Position numbers and translations under genes: made by a program
Assembly: GCA_051746405.1 (NCBI GenBank)
Contig: JBNJFB010000002.1
Coordinates: 17,082 to 81,081 of the forward strand
From: Campylobacterota bacterium
GTDB taxonomy: Bacteria; Campylobacterota; Campylobacteria; Campylobacterales; Arcobacteraceae
Length of the DNA stretch: 64,000 bases
Reading direction: 5' to 3'
Part shown: positions 20,738 to 29,421 of the stretch, piece after piece
Position numbering within the stretch: position 1 is the stretch's first letter
How the letters are laid out: each line of letters starts with the position of its first letter
Notes under the pieces: generated by a model
Seen by the model: only the letters and a program-made list of their open reading frames with translations
Databases searched by the model: none
Told to the model about the DNA's origin: nothing

Positions 20738-21817
20738 TTGCTTTTATACATACACATACCATTTTGCGATAGTAAATGTTTCTATTGTGCATTCAACTCT
20801 TATACTGATAAATTTTATTTAAAAACAGAGTATATGATAGCACTAAAGAAACAACTAAAAAGTGAAATAGAAAAAAACTTAAAAAACAGAAAACTTAAAA
20901 CAGTATTTATAGGTGGAGGAACACCCTCAACAATTAATGCCAAAGAGTATGAAGAGGTTTTTGAAATTATAAAGCCTCACTTATGCAAAAACGCAGAGAT
21001 AACAACAGAGGCTAATCCAAACTCTGCTTCATATAAATGGCAAGAAAAGATGTACTCTTATGGGGTAAATAGAATAAGCTTTGGAGTACAAAGTTTTAAC
21101 CAAGACAAACTAAAGTTCTTAGGAAGAGCACACAGTAGTAATAGTGCATTAAAAGCTATACAAAATGCTAATTGTATAGGTTTTAATAGTATTAACTGCG
21201 ATATAATATATGGTGTAAAAGGTGACAGCTTAGATTTAATAAAACAAGATATTAATACAGCATTTACTTTAAATGTGACCCATATTAGTGCTTATTCACT
21301 AATGATAGAAGAGGGTACAAAATTTTATAAAAAGGATAAACAGACAAAGATTAGTAACTATAAAATAGATGATGAAGAACTATCAAAAGATATATTTGAC
21401 TATTTACAAAAAAAAGATTTCAATCAATACGAAATATCTAATTTTGCAAGAAAAAAAGAGTTTGAATCAAAACACAACTATGGATATTGGCAACATCAAG
21501 AGTATTTAGGAATTGGTGCAGGTGCAGTTGGATACTATAAAAACAAAAGAGTCTATACAAAAAAAGATATTCAAGCTTATATAAAAAACCCTTTTTTATA
21601 TGAAACTGAAGAGTTATCAAATGAGGATATTAAAGTAGAAAAAACTCTATTGGGACTTAGATGTAATAATGGAGTTTCAATAGATATTTTCAATAGTAAT
21701 GAAAAAAGCAAAATTGATGAACTAATAAGTGAAAAAAAAATATATAGACTTAAAAATAGAGTATATAATAGAGATTTTTTATTATCTGATGAGTTAGCGC
21801 TTTATATTTTAGGATAA
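20738..21817 (+). CDS. hemW: Radical SAM heme chaperone
   Basis: LYIHIPFCDSKCFYC, GGGTPS, YEISNF and HNxxYW. Confidence 0.92.
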   Translation: MLLYIHIPFCDSKCFYCAFNSYTDKFYLKTEYMIALKKQLKSEIEKNLKNRKLKTVFIGGGTPSTINAKEYEEVFEIIKPHLCKNAEITTEANPNSASYKWQEKMYSYGVNRISFGVQSFNQDKLKFLGRAHSSNSALKAIQNANCIGFNSINCDIIYGVKGDSLDLIKQDINTAFTLNVTHISAYSLMIEEGTKFYKKDKQTKISNYKIDDEELSKDIFDYLQKKDFNQYEISNFARKKEFESKHNYGYWQHQEYLGIGAGAVGYYKNKRVYTKKDIQAYIKNPFLYETEELSNEDIKVEKTLLGLRCNNGVSIDIFNSNEKSKIDELISEKKIYRLKNRVYNRDFLLSDELALYILG

Positions 21818-21865
21818 TAAAAACTCTTTTTTATATAATGGTAACTTTTATTAAGGATAAAACTA

Positions 21866-22693
21866 ATGACAATTAAACAAGCAGTTAAGAAGTATAGTCC
21901 AAGATTAAAGTATGTAACACATATTCCGACAAAAGAGGTGGAAATATTGATGTTATATCTTTTGGATAAAAATATTATTTGGTTACATTTAAACTACAAT
22001 GAACCTTTTTTATTAGAAAAAGAGTTAGAAAAGCTAATAAAAAAAAGAGAACAAAACTATCCCTTAGAGTATTTAACTAAAAAAGCTACTTTCTTTGGTG
22101 AAAACTTTATAGTACAGCCAGGTGTTTTAATACCAAGACCTGAAACTGAAATATTAGTAGAAAATGCAATTGAAACAATAAACAAGCTCAAAAAAAGTGT
22201 GAATTTATTAGAGATTGGAACAGGCTCAGGAGTTATATCTATAATGTTAGCTTTATTAGTAAAAGATATAAAGATAACAGCTGTTGATATAAACGAAAAA
22301 GCTTTACAATTAGCTAAAGAAAATGCAGTTAAACACCATGTTAAGCATAAGATAGATTTTAAACTAAGTAACTTATATGAAAACATCTCTAATAAAGATT
22401 TTGATATGGTTATATCAAATCCACCTTATATCGCAAATAGTTATAAGTTACCTAAGAATGTAGAGTTTGAACCATCAAATGCACTCTTTGGTGGCAGTAA
22501 GGGAGATGAGTTATTAAAAAACATAATAGATGAAACTGCTAAAAATAGAATACCTTACTTACTATGCGAAATGGGATATGACCAAAAAAGAGCATTAGAA
22601 GACTATTTTTCAAACTTCAAAATTGAGAAATATGACTTTTACAAGGATTATGAAAACTTCGATAGAGGTTTTACACTAAAATTTAAAATATAA
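21866..22693 (+). CDS. prmC: Release factor glutamine methyltransferase
   Basis: LIPRPETE, EIGTGSG and SNPPY. Confidence 0.94.
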   Translation: MTIKQAVKKYSPRLKYVTHIPTKEVEILMLYLLDKNIIWLHLNYNEPFLLEKELEKLIKKREQNYPLEYLTKKATFFGENFIVQPGVLIPRPETEILVENAIETINKLKKSVNLLEIGTGSGVISIMLALLVKDIKITAVDINEKALQLAKENAVKHHVKHKIDFKLSNLYENISNKDFDMVISNPPYIANSYKLPKNVEFEPSNALFGGSKGDELLKNIIDETAKNRIPYLLCEMGYDQKRALEDYFSNFKIEKYDFYKDYENFDRGFTLKFKI

Positions 22694-22696
22694 AGG

Positions 22697-24673
22697 ATGA
22701 AAATGTTTAAAGAATTTAATATACAAAATTTAGAGAACTCGAAAAATGATTTACAAAAGTTGTTAGAAACAAGTAGGGTACAAGTAGATGAACTTCTACA
22801 AATTGAGAATAAAACATATGAAAACTTCATGAAAGTCTTTCAAGAAATAGGGGAGAGGATTAGTGATTTCTTAACACCAGTTTTTCATATTGATTCAGTT
22901 AAGAATTCAGAAATAACAAGAAAGGTGTATGAAGAGTGTCTTCCAATCATCTCAAAATATGAAACTGAGGTATCACAAAATGATAATATTTATACAGCTT
23001 TAAAAGATATACAGTCTAATGAAAAAAGTACATTAAATGATATACAAAATAAAGTACTTGAAAATGAAATTAAAGAGTTTGAACTTTCAGGTTGCCACTT
23101 AGAAAATAACAAAAAGAAAAGGCTTGAAGAGATAAATTTAAGCTTAAGCGAGCTATCTCAAAAATTTTCTCATAATCTTTTAGATGCAACAAATGCTTAC
23201 GAAATGATTTGTGAAAATTATGAAGATGTGAAAGAGATTCCAAAGTCAGATTTAGATTTAGCAAAATTTGAAAAAAATGGCAAAACAAAATATAAGTTTA
23301 CCTTACAAATTCCTTCATATTTAGCATATATGACATATGGAACAAATAGAGAAAAAAGAGAAGAGATATATAAGGCATACTGCACAAGAGCTAGTGAAAA
23401 TGGAAAAATCATTGAGGAGATATTAAAATATAGAGATGAAATGGTTAAAATTTTAGGATTTAGTAACTATGCTTCATATTCACTCTCAACAAAAATGGCA
23501 AAGAATGAAGAAGAGGTTATATCATTTTTAGAAGAGTTGGGAAAAAAAGGGAAACAAAAAGCAAAAGAGGAGTTTGAAGAGGTAAAAGCATTAGCAAAAA
23601 AAGAGGATTCCCTCGAAGACTTACAAGCTTTTGATATGGCATACTACTCTGAAAAATTAAAGAAAGAGAAGTATGATTTAGATGAGGAGTACTATAGACC
23701 TTATTTTGAACAAGAGTCTGTTCTAAATGGCTTCTTTGAGTTTTTAAATACTATGTTTAATATAGAGTTTAAAAAAGCTAATACAAATACATGGGATGAG
23801 AAAGTAAGAGTATATGATATTTTATCAAATAATAAAACTAAAGCTAGAATCTACCTGGATTTAGAAGCAAGATCTGATAAAAGAGGTGGAGCTTGGATGA
23901 ATAACTGGCACAGTTACTATGAAGACTCTAATAATAAAACTCATTTACCAACTGCTTATGTTGTTTGTAACTTCCCACAATCAACCAAATCAACTCCTTC
24001 ACTATTAAGACACTCTGATGTTGTAACACTTTTTCATGAAATGGGACATGCACTACATCACTTGTTAAGTGAGATTAAAGAAGCATTTGTAAGTGGTATA
24101 GCAGGAGTTGCATGGGATACAGTTGAGTTTCCCTCACAGTTCTTAGAATACTTCTCTTATGATAAAGATGTATTGAAAATTTTTGCAAAACATTATGAAA
24201 CTAAAGAAACATTAAATGATGAAGCAATTCAAAGAATTATAAATGCTAAAAATTTTCAATCATCATTAGCAATGGTAAGGCAAGTTGAATTCGCACTGTT
24301 TGATTTTAAACTACATCAAAAGTTATACAAAAGTGAAGATGAAGTTCAAACCTTATTAGATAGTATTAGAAATGAGTTTGCAGCTATTATACCTCCTTCA
24401 TACAACAAGTTCCAAAATGGTTTTGGTCATATATTTGCAGGTGGGTATGCAGCTGGATACTACTCTTATAAATGGGCAGAAGTTTTAAGTGCAGATGCAT
24501 TTTATATGTTTATTGATTCAGGAAATATATTCAATAAACAATTAGGATTTAAGTACAAAAACACTATTTTAAGCAAGGGTGGTTCTAAAAATATGGATGA
24601 ATTATTCTATGATTTTGCACAAAGAGAGCCAAGTGTTGATTCTTTGCTAAGAATTGATGGAATTATTAGCTAA
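22697..24673 (+). CDS. prlC: M3-family oligopeptidase A
   Basis: KRGGAW, FHEMGHALH, VEFPSQ and HIFAGGYAAGYYSYKW. Confidence 0.92.
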   Translation: MKMFKEFNIQNLENSKNDLQKLLETSRVQVDELLQIENKTYENFMKVFQEIGERISDFLTPVFHIDSVKNSEITRKVYEECLPIISKYETEVSQNDNIYTALKDIQSNEKSTLNDIQNKVLENEIKEFELSGCHLENNKKKRLEEINLSLSELSQKFSHNLLDATNAYEMICENYEDVKEIPKSDLDLAKFEKNGKTKYKFTLQIPSYLAYMTYGTNREKREEIYKAYCTRASENGKIIEEILKYRDEMVKILGFSNYASYSLSTKMAKNEEEVISFLEELGKKGKQKAKEEFEEVKALAKKEDSLEDLQAFDMAYYSEKLKKEKYDLDEEYYRPYFEQESVLNGFFEFLNTMFNIEFKKANTNTWDEKVRVYDILSNNKTKARIYLDLEARSDKRGGAWMNNWHSYYEDSNNKTHLPTAYVVCNFPQSTKSTPSLLRHSDVVTLFHEMGHALHHLLSEIKEAFVSGIAGVAWDTVEFPSQFLEYFSYDKDVLKIFAKHYETKETLNDEAIQRIINAKNFQSSLAMVRQVEFALFDFKLHQKLYKSEDEVQTLLDSIRNEFAAIIPPSYNKFQNGFGHIFAGGYAAGYYSYKWAEVLSADAFYMFIDSGNIFNKQLGFKYKNTILSKGGSKNMDELFYDFAQREPSVDSLLRIDGIIS

Positions 24674-24724
24674 AATTTGTAATAATACAGTTAAATTATA
24701 AATACAAACGAGGATTTAATAGCT

Positions 24725-25285
24725 ATGACAAATGCAGAAACAATTTCAAAACTTAATAATGCTTTAAACACACTAATTAACGCTTATGAAGAGTTACAAG
24801 ATGAGAATAAAAATTTAAAAAATAGAATTGATGAGCTAGAGGATGAAGTGTTAGATTTAGAATCTGCTAAAGAAAACCTTGAGTTAGCAAAAAAAGATTT
24901 AGAACAAAAAGTATCTAATTTATCAGAAAATACACAGCAAGATAAATCTAATATATCTTCAATGTTAGGTAAAATTGAATCACTATTAAATAATAGTAGT
25001 GGTTCAAATAAAGAGATTGAACTAAAACCTAATGAAAATAAAAATAGTGACAGGCAGCCGCATAATAAATCAAGTGACTATACAAAGGAGCACAACTACT
25101 CCCACAAATCAAATAATGATTTAGATGATATTAAGTTAAGTGGCGATGATAGAAAAGAAGAGCCTGATGCTTTAAACTCTTTTGAAAACTTAAGTATAAA
25201 AGTCGAAGAAAAAAAAGATGAATCCAATGAGAATAAAATAGATTTAAATAGGATGGCCTCCTTATTAAATGGTTTTAACAACTAA
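24725..25285 (+). CDS. Coiled-coil protein, ZapB-like N-terminal half with disordered tail
   Basis: Heptad pattern over about residues 5-88, then a polar low-complexity tail; GAGG RBS. Confidence 0.6.
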   Translation: MTNAETISKLNNALNTLINAYEELQDENKNLKNRIDELEDEVLDLESAKENLELAKKDLEQKVSNLSENTQQDKSNISSMLGKIESLLNNSSGSNKEIELKPNENKNSDRQPHNKSSDYTKEHNYSHKSNNDLDDIKLSGDDRKEEPDALNSFENLSIKVEEKKDESNENKIDLNRMASLLNGFNN

Positions 25286-25297
25286 AATGAAAAGAAA

Positions 25298-25576
25298 ATG
25301 ATATTTTTATTAGATAAAGAGATGCTATATAATACTTTTAGTATTAATGATTTTAATAAAATAGAAGGAGTTATAAATAGTATGGCTCCTTCTATAGTAG
25401 AGTATTATTTAAATGACCTAACTAACTATGCCCAAGATACCTATCTAAATAAATCACAAGTGGAGTGTAGTGTCTTTATAGGTGATTATAGCTTATACAT
25501 TGATTATAATAGTAATATCTATTTAGAGTTAGACAATGAAGCTTTAAGCCCTAGTGGAACAGCAAGTTTCTGGTAA
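25298..25576 (+). CDS. Hypothetical protein
   Basis: 92-aa ORF 12 nt after the upstream gene, convergent with xerH. Confidence 0.65.
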   Translation: MIFLLDKEMLYNTFSINDFNKIEGVINSMAPSIVEYYLNDLTNYAQDTYLNKSQVECSVFIGDYSLYIDYNSNIYLELDNEALSPSGTASFW

Positions 25577-25594
25577 AACTCTAAACTTTAAAAA

Positions 25595-26647
25595 CTAGAA
25601 AATATCTGTTGCTTTTTTTAGTTTTTCTTTATCAAAGTGAGTATAGATTCTTGAGGTATTAATATCAGCATGACCTAAAGCTTCTTGAACTAAAATTAAA
25701 TCATGATGTTTTTGATATAACATAGTAGCGAAACTATGTCTTAACATATGAGCACCATTCTTCTCTTTTCTAATACCTATACTTAAAAGTATATTTTCAA
25801 CAACTCTACTTATATATGCTTGAGTTAATCTCTTGCTGGATTTATTACATACCAAATATTCATCACTACAACATCTTATATCTAACCAATTATCTAAATC
25901 ATTTTTTATAATAGCTTCTTTTATCATTACAACTCTTGGTTTGTTACCTTTTCCTCTTATTTGAAATAAGTAAACATCATCCTCTTTGAATATATCTTTT
26001 ACTTTTAAATTTAACATTTCAGATACTCTAATACCTGTATATATTATTATTTTCAATATTAATCTATTTCTACTAGCAGTATCTTGTGTAAACTCAAAGG
26101 TATCAATAGCTTTTAAAAATCTATTGATCTCATCTTTTCCCATAAAAGAGGGCAGTTTAGTACCTGCATTTCCACTTAAACCTCCCCAATTTTTAAGCTC
26201 AATTTTAAATAAATATGATGTTCCATCACTGTTTTCATTTTGCTTATCAATATAAGAAAAGAAACCAAGTAGGGCAATTCTATGGTTTTTTTTAGAAGCA
26301 TCGGATAGTCCACTTGTAGTACTTGCTAAAAAATCACTCAATAACTCTTCATCAATCTCTTTCATGGAAGCAAGACCTAAGTTAAGTAAAAATTTGTATA
26401 ACTTTTTAAGTGGATTAAAATATGTATTAACACCTGATAATCCAATATTTCTTGCATCTTTTACTAATATACTTAGTTCATCTATACTATTAGTACCTTT
26501 TACTAAAGATTGAATAATAAATGCTAACTTATCTTTATCATCAACTTGTCTATTTGATAAAGTTGTTAGTTTATATCTTATAAATCGTTCCAGCCAAAAA
26601 AGCAGTGTTTTATCAAACTCATTTGTAAAATCTATCTCATATCGCAT
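25595..26647 (-). CDS. xerH: XerH-type tyrosine recombinase
   Basis: R (TGIRVSE), K (GKGNK), HxxR (HMLRH), LGH and Y (RIYTH); long Campylobacterota-type N-terminus; dif-like site adjacent. Confidence 0.9.
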   Translation of the reverse strand: MRYEIDFTNEFDKTLLFWLERFIRYKLTTLSNRQVDDKDKLAFIIQSLVKGTNSIDELSILVKDARNIGLSGVNTYFNPLKKLYKFLLNLGLASMKEIDEELLSDFLASTTSGLSDASKKNHRIALLGFFSYIDKQNENSDGTSYLFKIELKNWGGLSGNAGTKLPSFMGKDEINRFLKAIDTFEFTQDTASRNRLILKIIIYTGIRVSEMLNLKVKDIFKEDDVYLFQIRGKGNKPRVVMIKEAIIKNDLDNWLDIRCCSDEYLVCNKSSKRLTQAYISRVVENILLSIGIRKEKNGAHMLRHSFATMLYQKHHDLILVQEALGHADINTSRIYTHFDKEKLKKATDIF

Positions 26648-26700
26648 CTACTATAAATCCTTGTGTTTGTAGTTTAATTCATTATATCGAAATGAAAATT

Positions 26701-26735
26701 AAGTTAGTATTGAAAACTATAATTTTCAAACTTTT
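26701..26735. other. dif: difH chromosome dimer resolution site
   Basis: AAGTTAGTA-TTGAAAA-CTATAA-TTTTCAA-ACTTTT: inverted arms around a 6-bp spacer, matching the Campylobacter-type dif as I recall it, about 54 bp upstream of xerH. Confidence 0.85.
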
Positions 26736-26746
26736 ATATACTATCC

Positions 26747-26779
26747 AAAAGAGACTACTTTATTAAGTATAACTCTTTT
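26747..26779 (-). terminator. Probable terminator of the che operon
   Basis: AAAAGAG...CTCTTTT inverted repeat with inner TACTT/AAGTA pairing immediately after the cheB stop. Confidence 0.5.
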
Positions 26780-26780
26780 A

Positions 26781-27857
26781 CTATCTTCTTTTACCTGTAG
26801 AAAACTCAACTATATACCGTGCAATATCATCTAAATCAACAATATCTTTAACAGCACCAATCTCAATGGCTTTCATAGGCATACCAAATACTACACATGT
26901 TTCCTTACTTTGGGCAATTGTATAAGCACCATTATCATACATATCTTTCATAGCGATCATACCATCATCACCCATTCCAGTCATCATAACTCCCATAGCA
27001 CCACCACCTGCTGTGTTATTAACAGATCTAAATAGAACATTAACACTAGGTTTATGCTGACTAACTTTATGCGTATCTAGTAGTTTTGTTTTGTACTCTT
27101 TACCAACTTTTTCTATTGTTAGGTGCATATTACCAGGTGCTAAATATGCACAACCTCTTTGAAGTACTTCATCACCTTGTGATTGTTTTACATTAACTTG
27201 AGAGTTATCGTTTAATCTATGTGCAAATGAGTTTGAGAAACCATAAGGTATATGTTGAGTTATAACTATTGGAGGTAAATTACCTGGCAATTTTCTAAAT
27301 ACAGATAATAAAGACTCAACTCCACCTGTGGAAGAGCCTATTGCAATAACCTTGCCCCCTGGCATAAAAGCAGGTTTTGAAGGAATTACTTCATCGGGAT
27401 GTATTTTTTTTGTAATATTTGAACTTGAAATCTTTGGTTGCTTTAAAGCTTTAGGTTTTTTTAATGTGTATCTTTTAAGTAAAAAAGTTAGATTTAGCAA
27501 TGTATCTTTAATTTTTTCATGAAAAGAACTCATTGAGCCCCCTGCTTCGGGCTTTGGAACAAACCCTACAGCTCCATCATCAAAAATATCATTACCCCTA
27601 ACACTCTCTCCTGATATGACAACAGCTGGCATTGGATGCAGTCTCATAAGGTTTCTTAAGAAAGTAACTCCATCCATTTTTGGCATATTTATATCAATTG
27701 TTACTAAATCAGGTTCATACTTTTTGATTTTTTCCCTTGCATCGTATGCATCAATAGCAATATCAATAACCTCAAACTCATCAATTGAGTTAATCATATC
27801 TTTAATCATTCTTCTCATTGAAGCAGAATCATCAATTACTAAAACCGTATATACCAA
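26781..27857 (-). CDS. cheB: Chemotaxis methylesterase response regulator
   Basis: REC domain, GSSTGG, QHIP, HKPSV and MTGMGDDG. Confidence 0.96.
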   Translation of the reverse strand: MVYTVLVIDDSASMRRMIKDMINSIDEFEVIDIAIDAYDAREKIKKYEPDLVTIDINMPKMDGVTFLRNLMRLHPMPAVVISGESVRGNDIFDDGAVGFVPKPEAGGSMSSFHEKIKDTLLNLTFLLKRYTLKKPKALKQPKISSSNITKKIHPDEVIPSKPAFMPGGKVIAIGSSTGGVESLLSVFRKLPGNLPPIVITQHIPYGFSNSFAHRLNDNSQVNVKQSQGDEVLQRGCAYLAPGNMHLTIEKVGKEYKTKLLDTHKVSQHKPSVNVLFRSVNNTAGGGAMGVMMTGMGDDGMIAMKDMYDNGAYTIAQSKETCVVFGMPMKAIEIGAVKDIVDLDDIARYIVEFSTGKRR

Positions 27858-27879
27858 TTTTTAACCTTATGTTATATTT

Positions 27880-28551
27880 TTAAAATAAATCAATTTCCAT
27901 TTGAGGTTCATCTTTATCACCATCAAATAAGTCAACACCACCAACATACTCTTTGATAACTGGTGCTTTTGTAATCTCTTTTTGAAGACTTTTCTCTTCT
28001 GTAGCAATTTTGCTATCAGTTTCAGATTTTTGAGTAACTTTAATAAATGTTTGAAACTCATTGGCCAAAAGAATTAATCTACCATGTTCACCTCTTGTAT
28101 GCTCACTTACTAGCTTAAAACCTTCAGATTTACAAAAATCTTTTGCGAACTCTACATTTCTATGACCAATTGAGTTTAATGAATTTCCAAGTTGCATAAT
28201 ATCAGCACCACCTGATATCTTTGCTACAATATTATTTTTTGAGCATCCCATTTTATACATCTCATTTAGCATTGCTTCAACTGAGTATAATCCATACTTC
28301 ATATCGTCATTTGCATTGTTTGTAGTAGGTAATAAAAAGTGGTTCATTCCTTTTATTTTTTTTACTTTATCATAGAACATAATAGCCACACAAGAGCCCA
28401 AAAGTGTTTTAAATGCAATTTGCTCAATATCTGTACCAACAGCAAACTCACCACCTATTACAGTATGTGTTAATAACCCCTTAGTTCTTTGTGTAAATCT
28501 AACAGCTGATGTTTTTTCGATGCTTCCATCTTTATGTCCTATTATAATCAA
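27880..28551 (-). CDS. cheD: Chemoreceptor glutamine deamidase
   Basis: TLLGSCVA, GMNHFLLP, GGA and IGHRN. Confidence 0.93.
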   Translation of the reverse strand: MIIIGHKDGSIEKTSAVRFTQRTKGLLTHTVIGGEFAVGTDIEQIAFKTLLGSCVAIMFYDKVKKIKGMNHFLLPTTNNANDDMKYGLYSVEAMLNEMYKMGCSKNNIVAKISGGADIMQLGNSLNSIGHRNVEFAKDFCKSEGFKLVSEHTRGEHGRLILLANEFQTFIKVTQKSETDSKIATEEKSLQKEITKAPVIKEYVGGVDLFDGDKDEPQMEIDLF

Positions 28552-29402
28552 CCTATTTCCTTTTGCTTTACAAAAATATTTTGCCCTACTCTAGTAACAT
28601 AGCTAATCAAATCATGGGGGTTTTCAGAGTGTCCCAAATATAAAGTACCACCAATTTTTAAATGTAAAAAAAGTTTTTTTAAGATTTCGTTTTGGTCATG
28701 GGATGAAAAGTAAATCAAAACATTTCTACAAAATATTACATCAAATTGGTTTTTTTCAAATGGATATCTAGAATCATTTAAATTCATAGTTTTAAAAGTA
28801 AGCATTCTTTTTAATTCATCTTTAACTTTTATCAAAACCTCTTCACCTGCAAGGTTTTTTTGCACTCTTCTTTTAAAGTATTTTTGAGGTTTTATCCAAT
28901 TAGGAAACTCTTTTGATGATTTTGAGTATCTATAAATACCATTTGCAGCATACTGTAATACATTTGTATCAATATCAGTTGCAACAATTGAAGCATCTAA
29001 ATATTTTTTCAACTCTTCTTTAGCTTCTAAAACAGTCATTGCAATAGAGTATGGCTCTTCACCTGTTGAAGAAGCACAACAATACATCTGTATTTTTCCA
29101 CTACTGTTGTTAGCTACTTGGGGAAGAACGCGGTCTTTTAGATCAACAAAATGAAACTCTTCTCTAAAGAAATGTGTCTTATTTGTAGTAAATGAATTAA
29201 TAAACTCCGTAACATATCCAGACTTATTCTCAACCATATCAAGAAGATCCATAATATCACCTTGATATTTTGAATCTCTTTTTAGTTTGTCAATCCTATT
29301 TGAAATCATAATATCTTTATTATCAGCAAGAGTTATTCCTGTCAATGAATAAAGAATCTTTTTTATTCTATTATGAACATCCTGTGTTGTGTAATTACTC
29401 AT
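28548..29402 (-). CDS. cheR: Chemotaxis methyltransferase
   Basis: TTNKTHFFRE, STGEEPYSIAM, FCRNVLIYF and GHSE. Confidence 0.96.
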   Translation of the reverse strand: MSNYTTQDVHNRIKKILYSLTGITLADNKDIMISNRIDKLKRDSKYQGDIMDLLDMVENKSGYVTEFINSFTTNKTHFFREEFHFVDLKDRVLPQVANNSSGKIQMYCCASSTGEEPYSIAMTVLEAKEELKKYLDASIVATDIDTNVLQYAANGIYRYSKSSKEFPNWIKPQKYFKRRVQKNLAGEEVLIKVKDELKRMLTFKTMNLNDSRYPFEKNQFDVIFCRNVLIYFSSHDQNEILKKLFLHLKIGGTLYLGHSENPHDLISYVTRVGQNIFVKQKEIG

Positions 29403-29421
29403 GTGTTAAAACTACCTACCT

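Noticed and set aside
25595..26647. Tyrosine recombinase as a prophage or island integrase
   Set aside because: XerH-like architecture, adjacent dif site, housekeeping flanks, and no tRNA or cargo.
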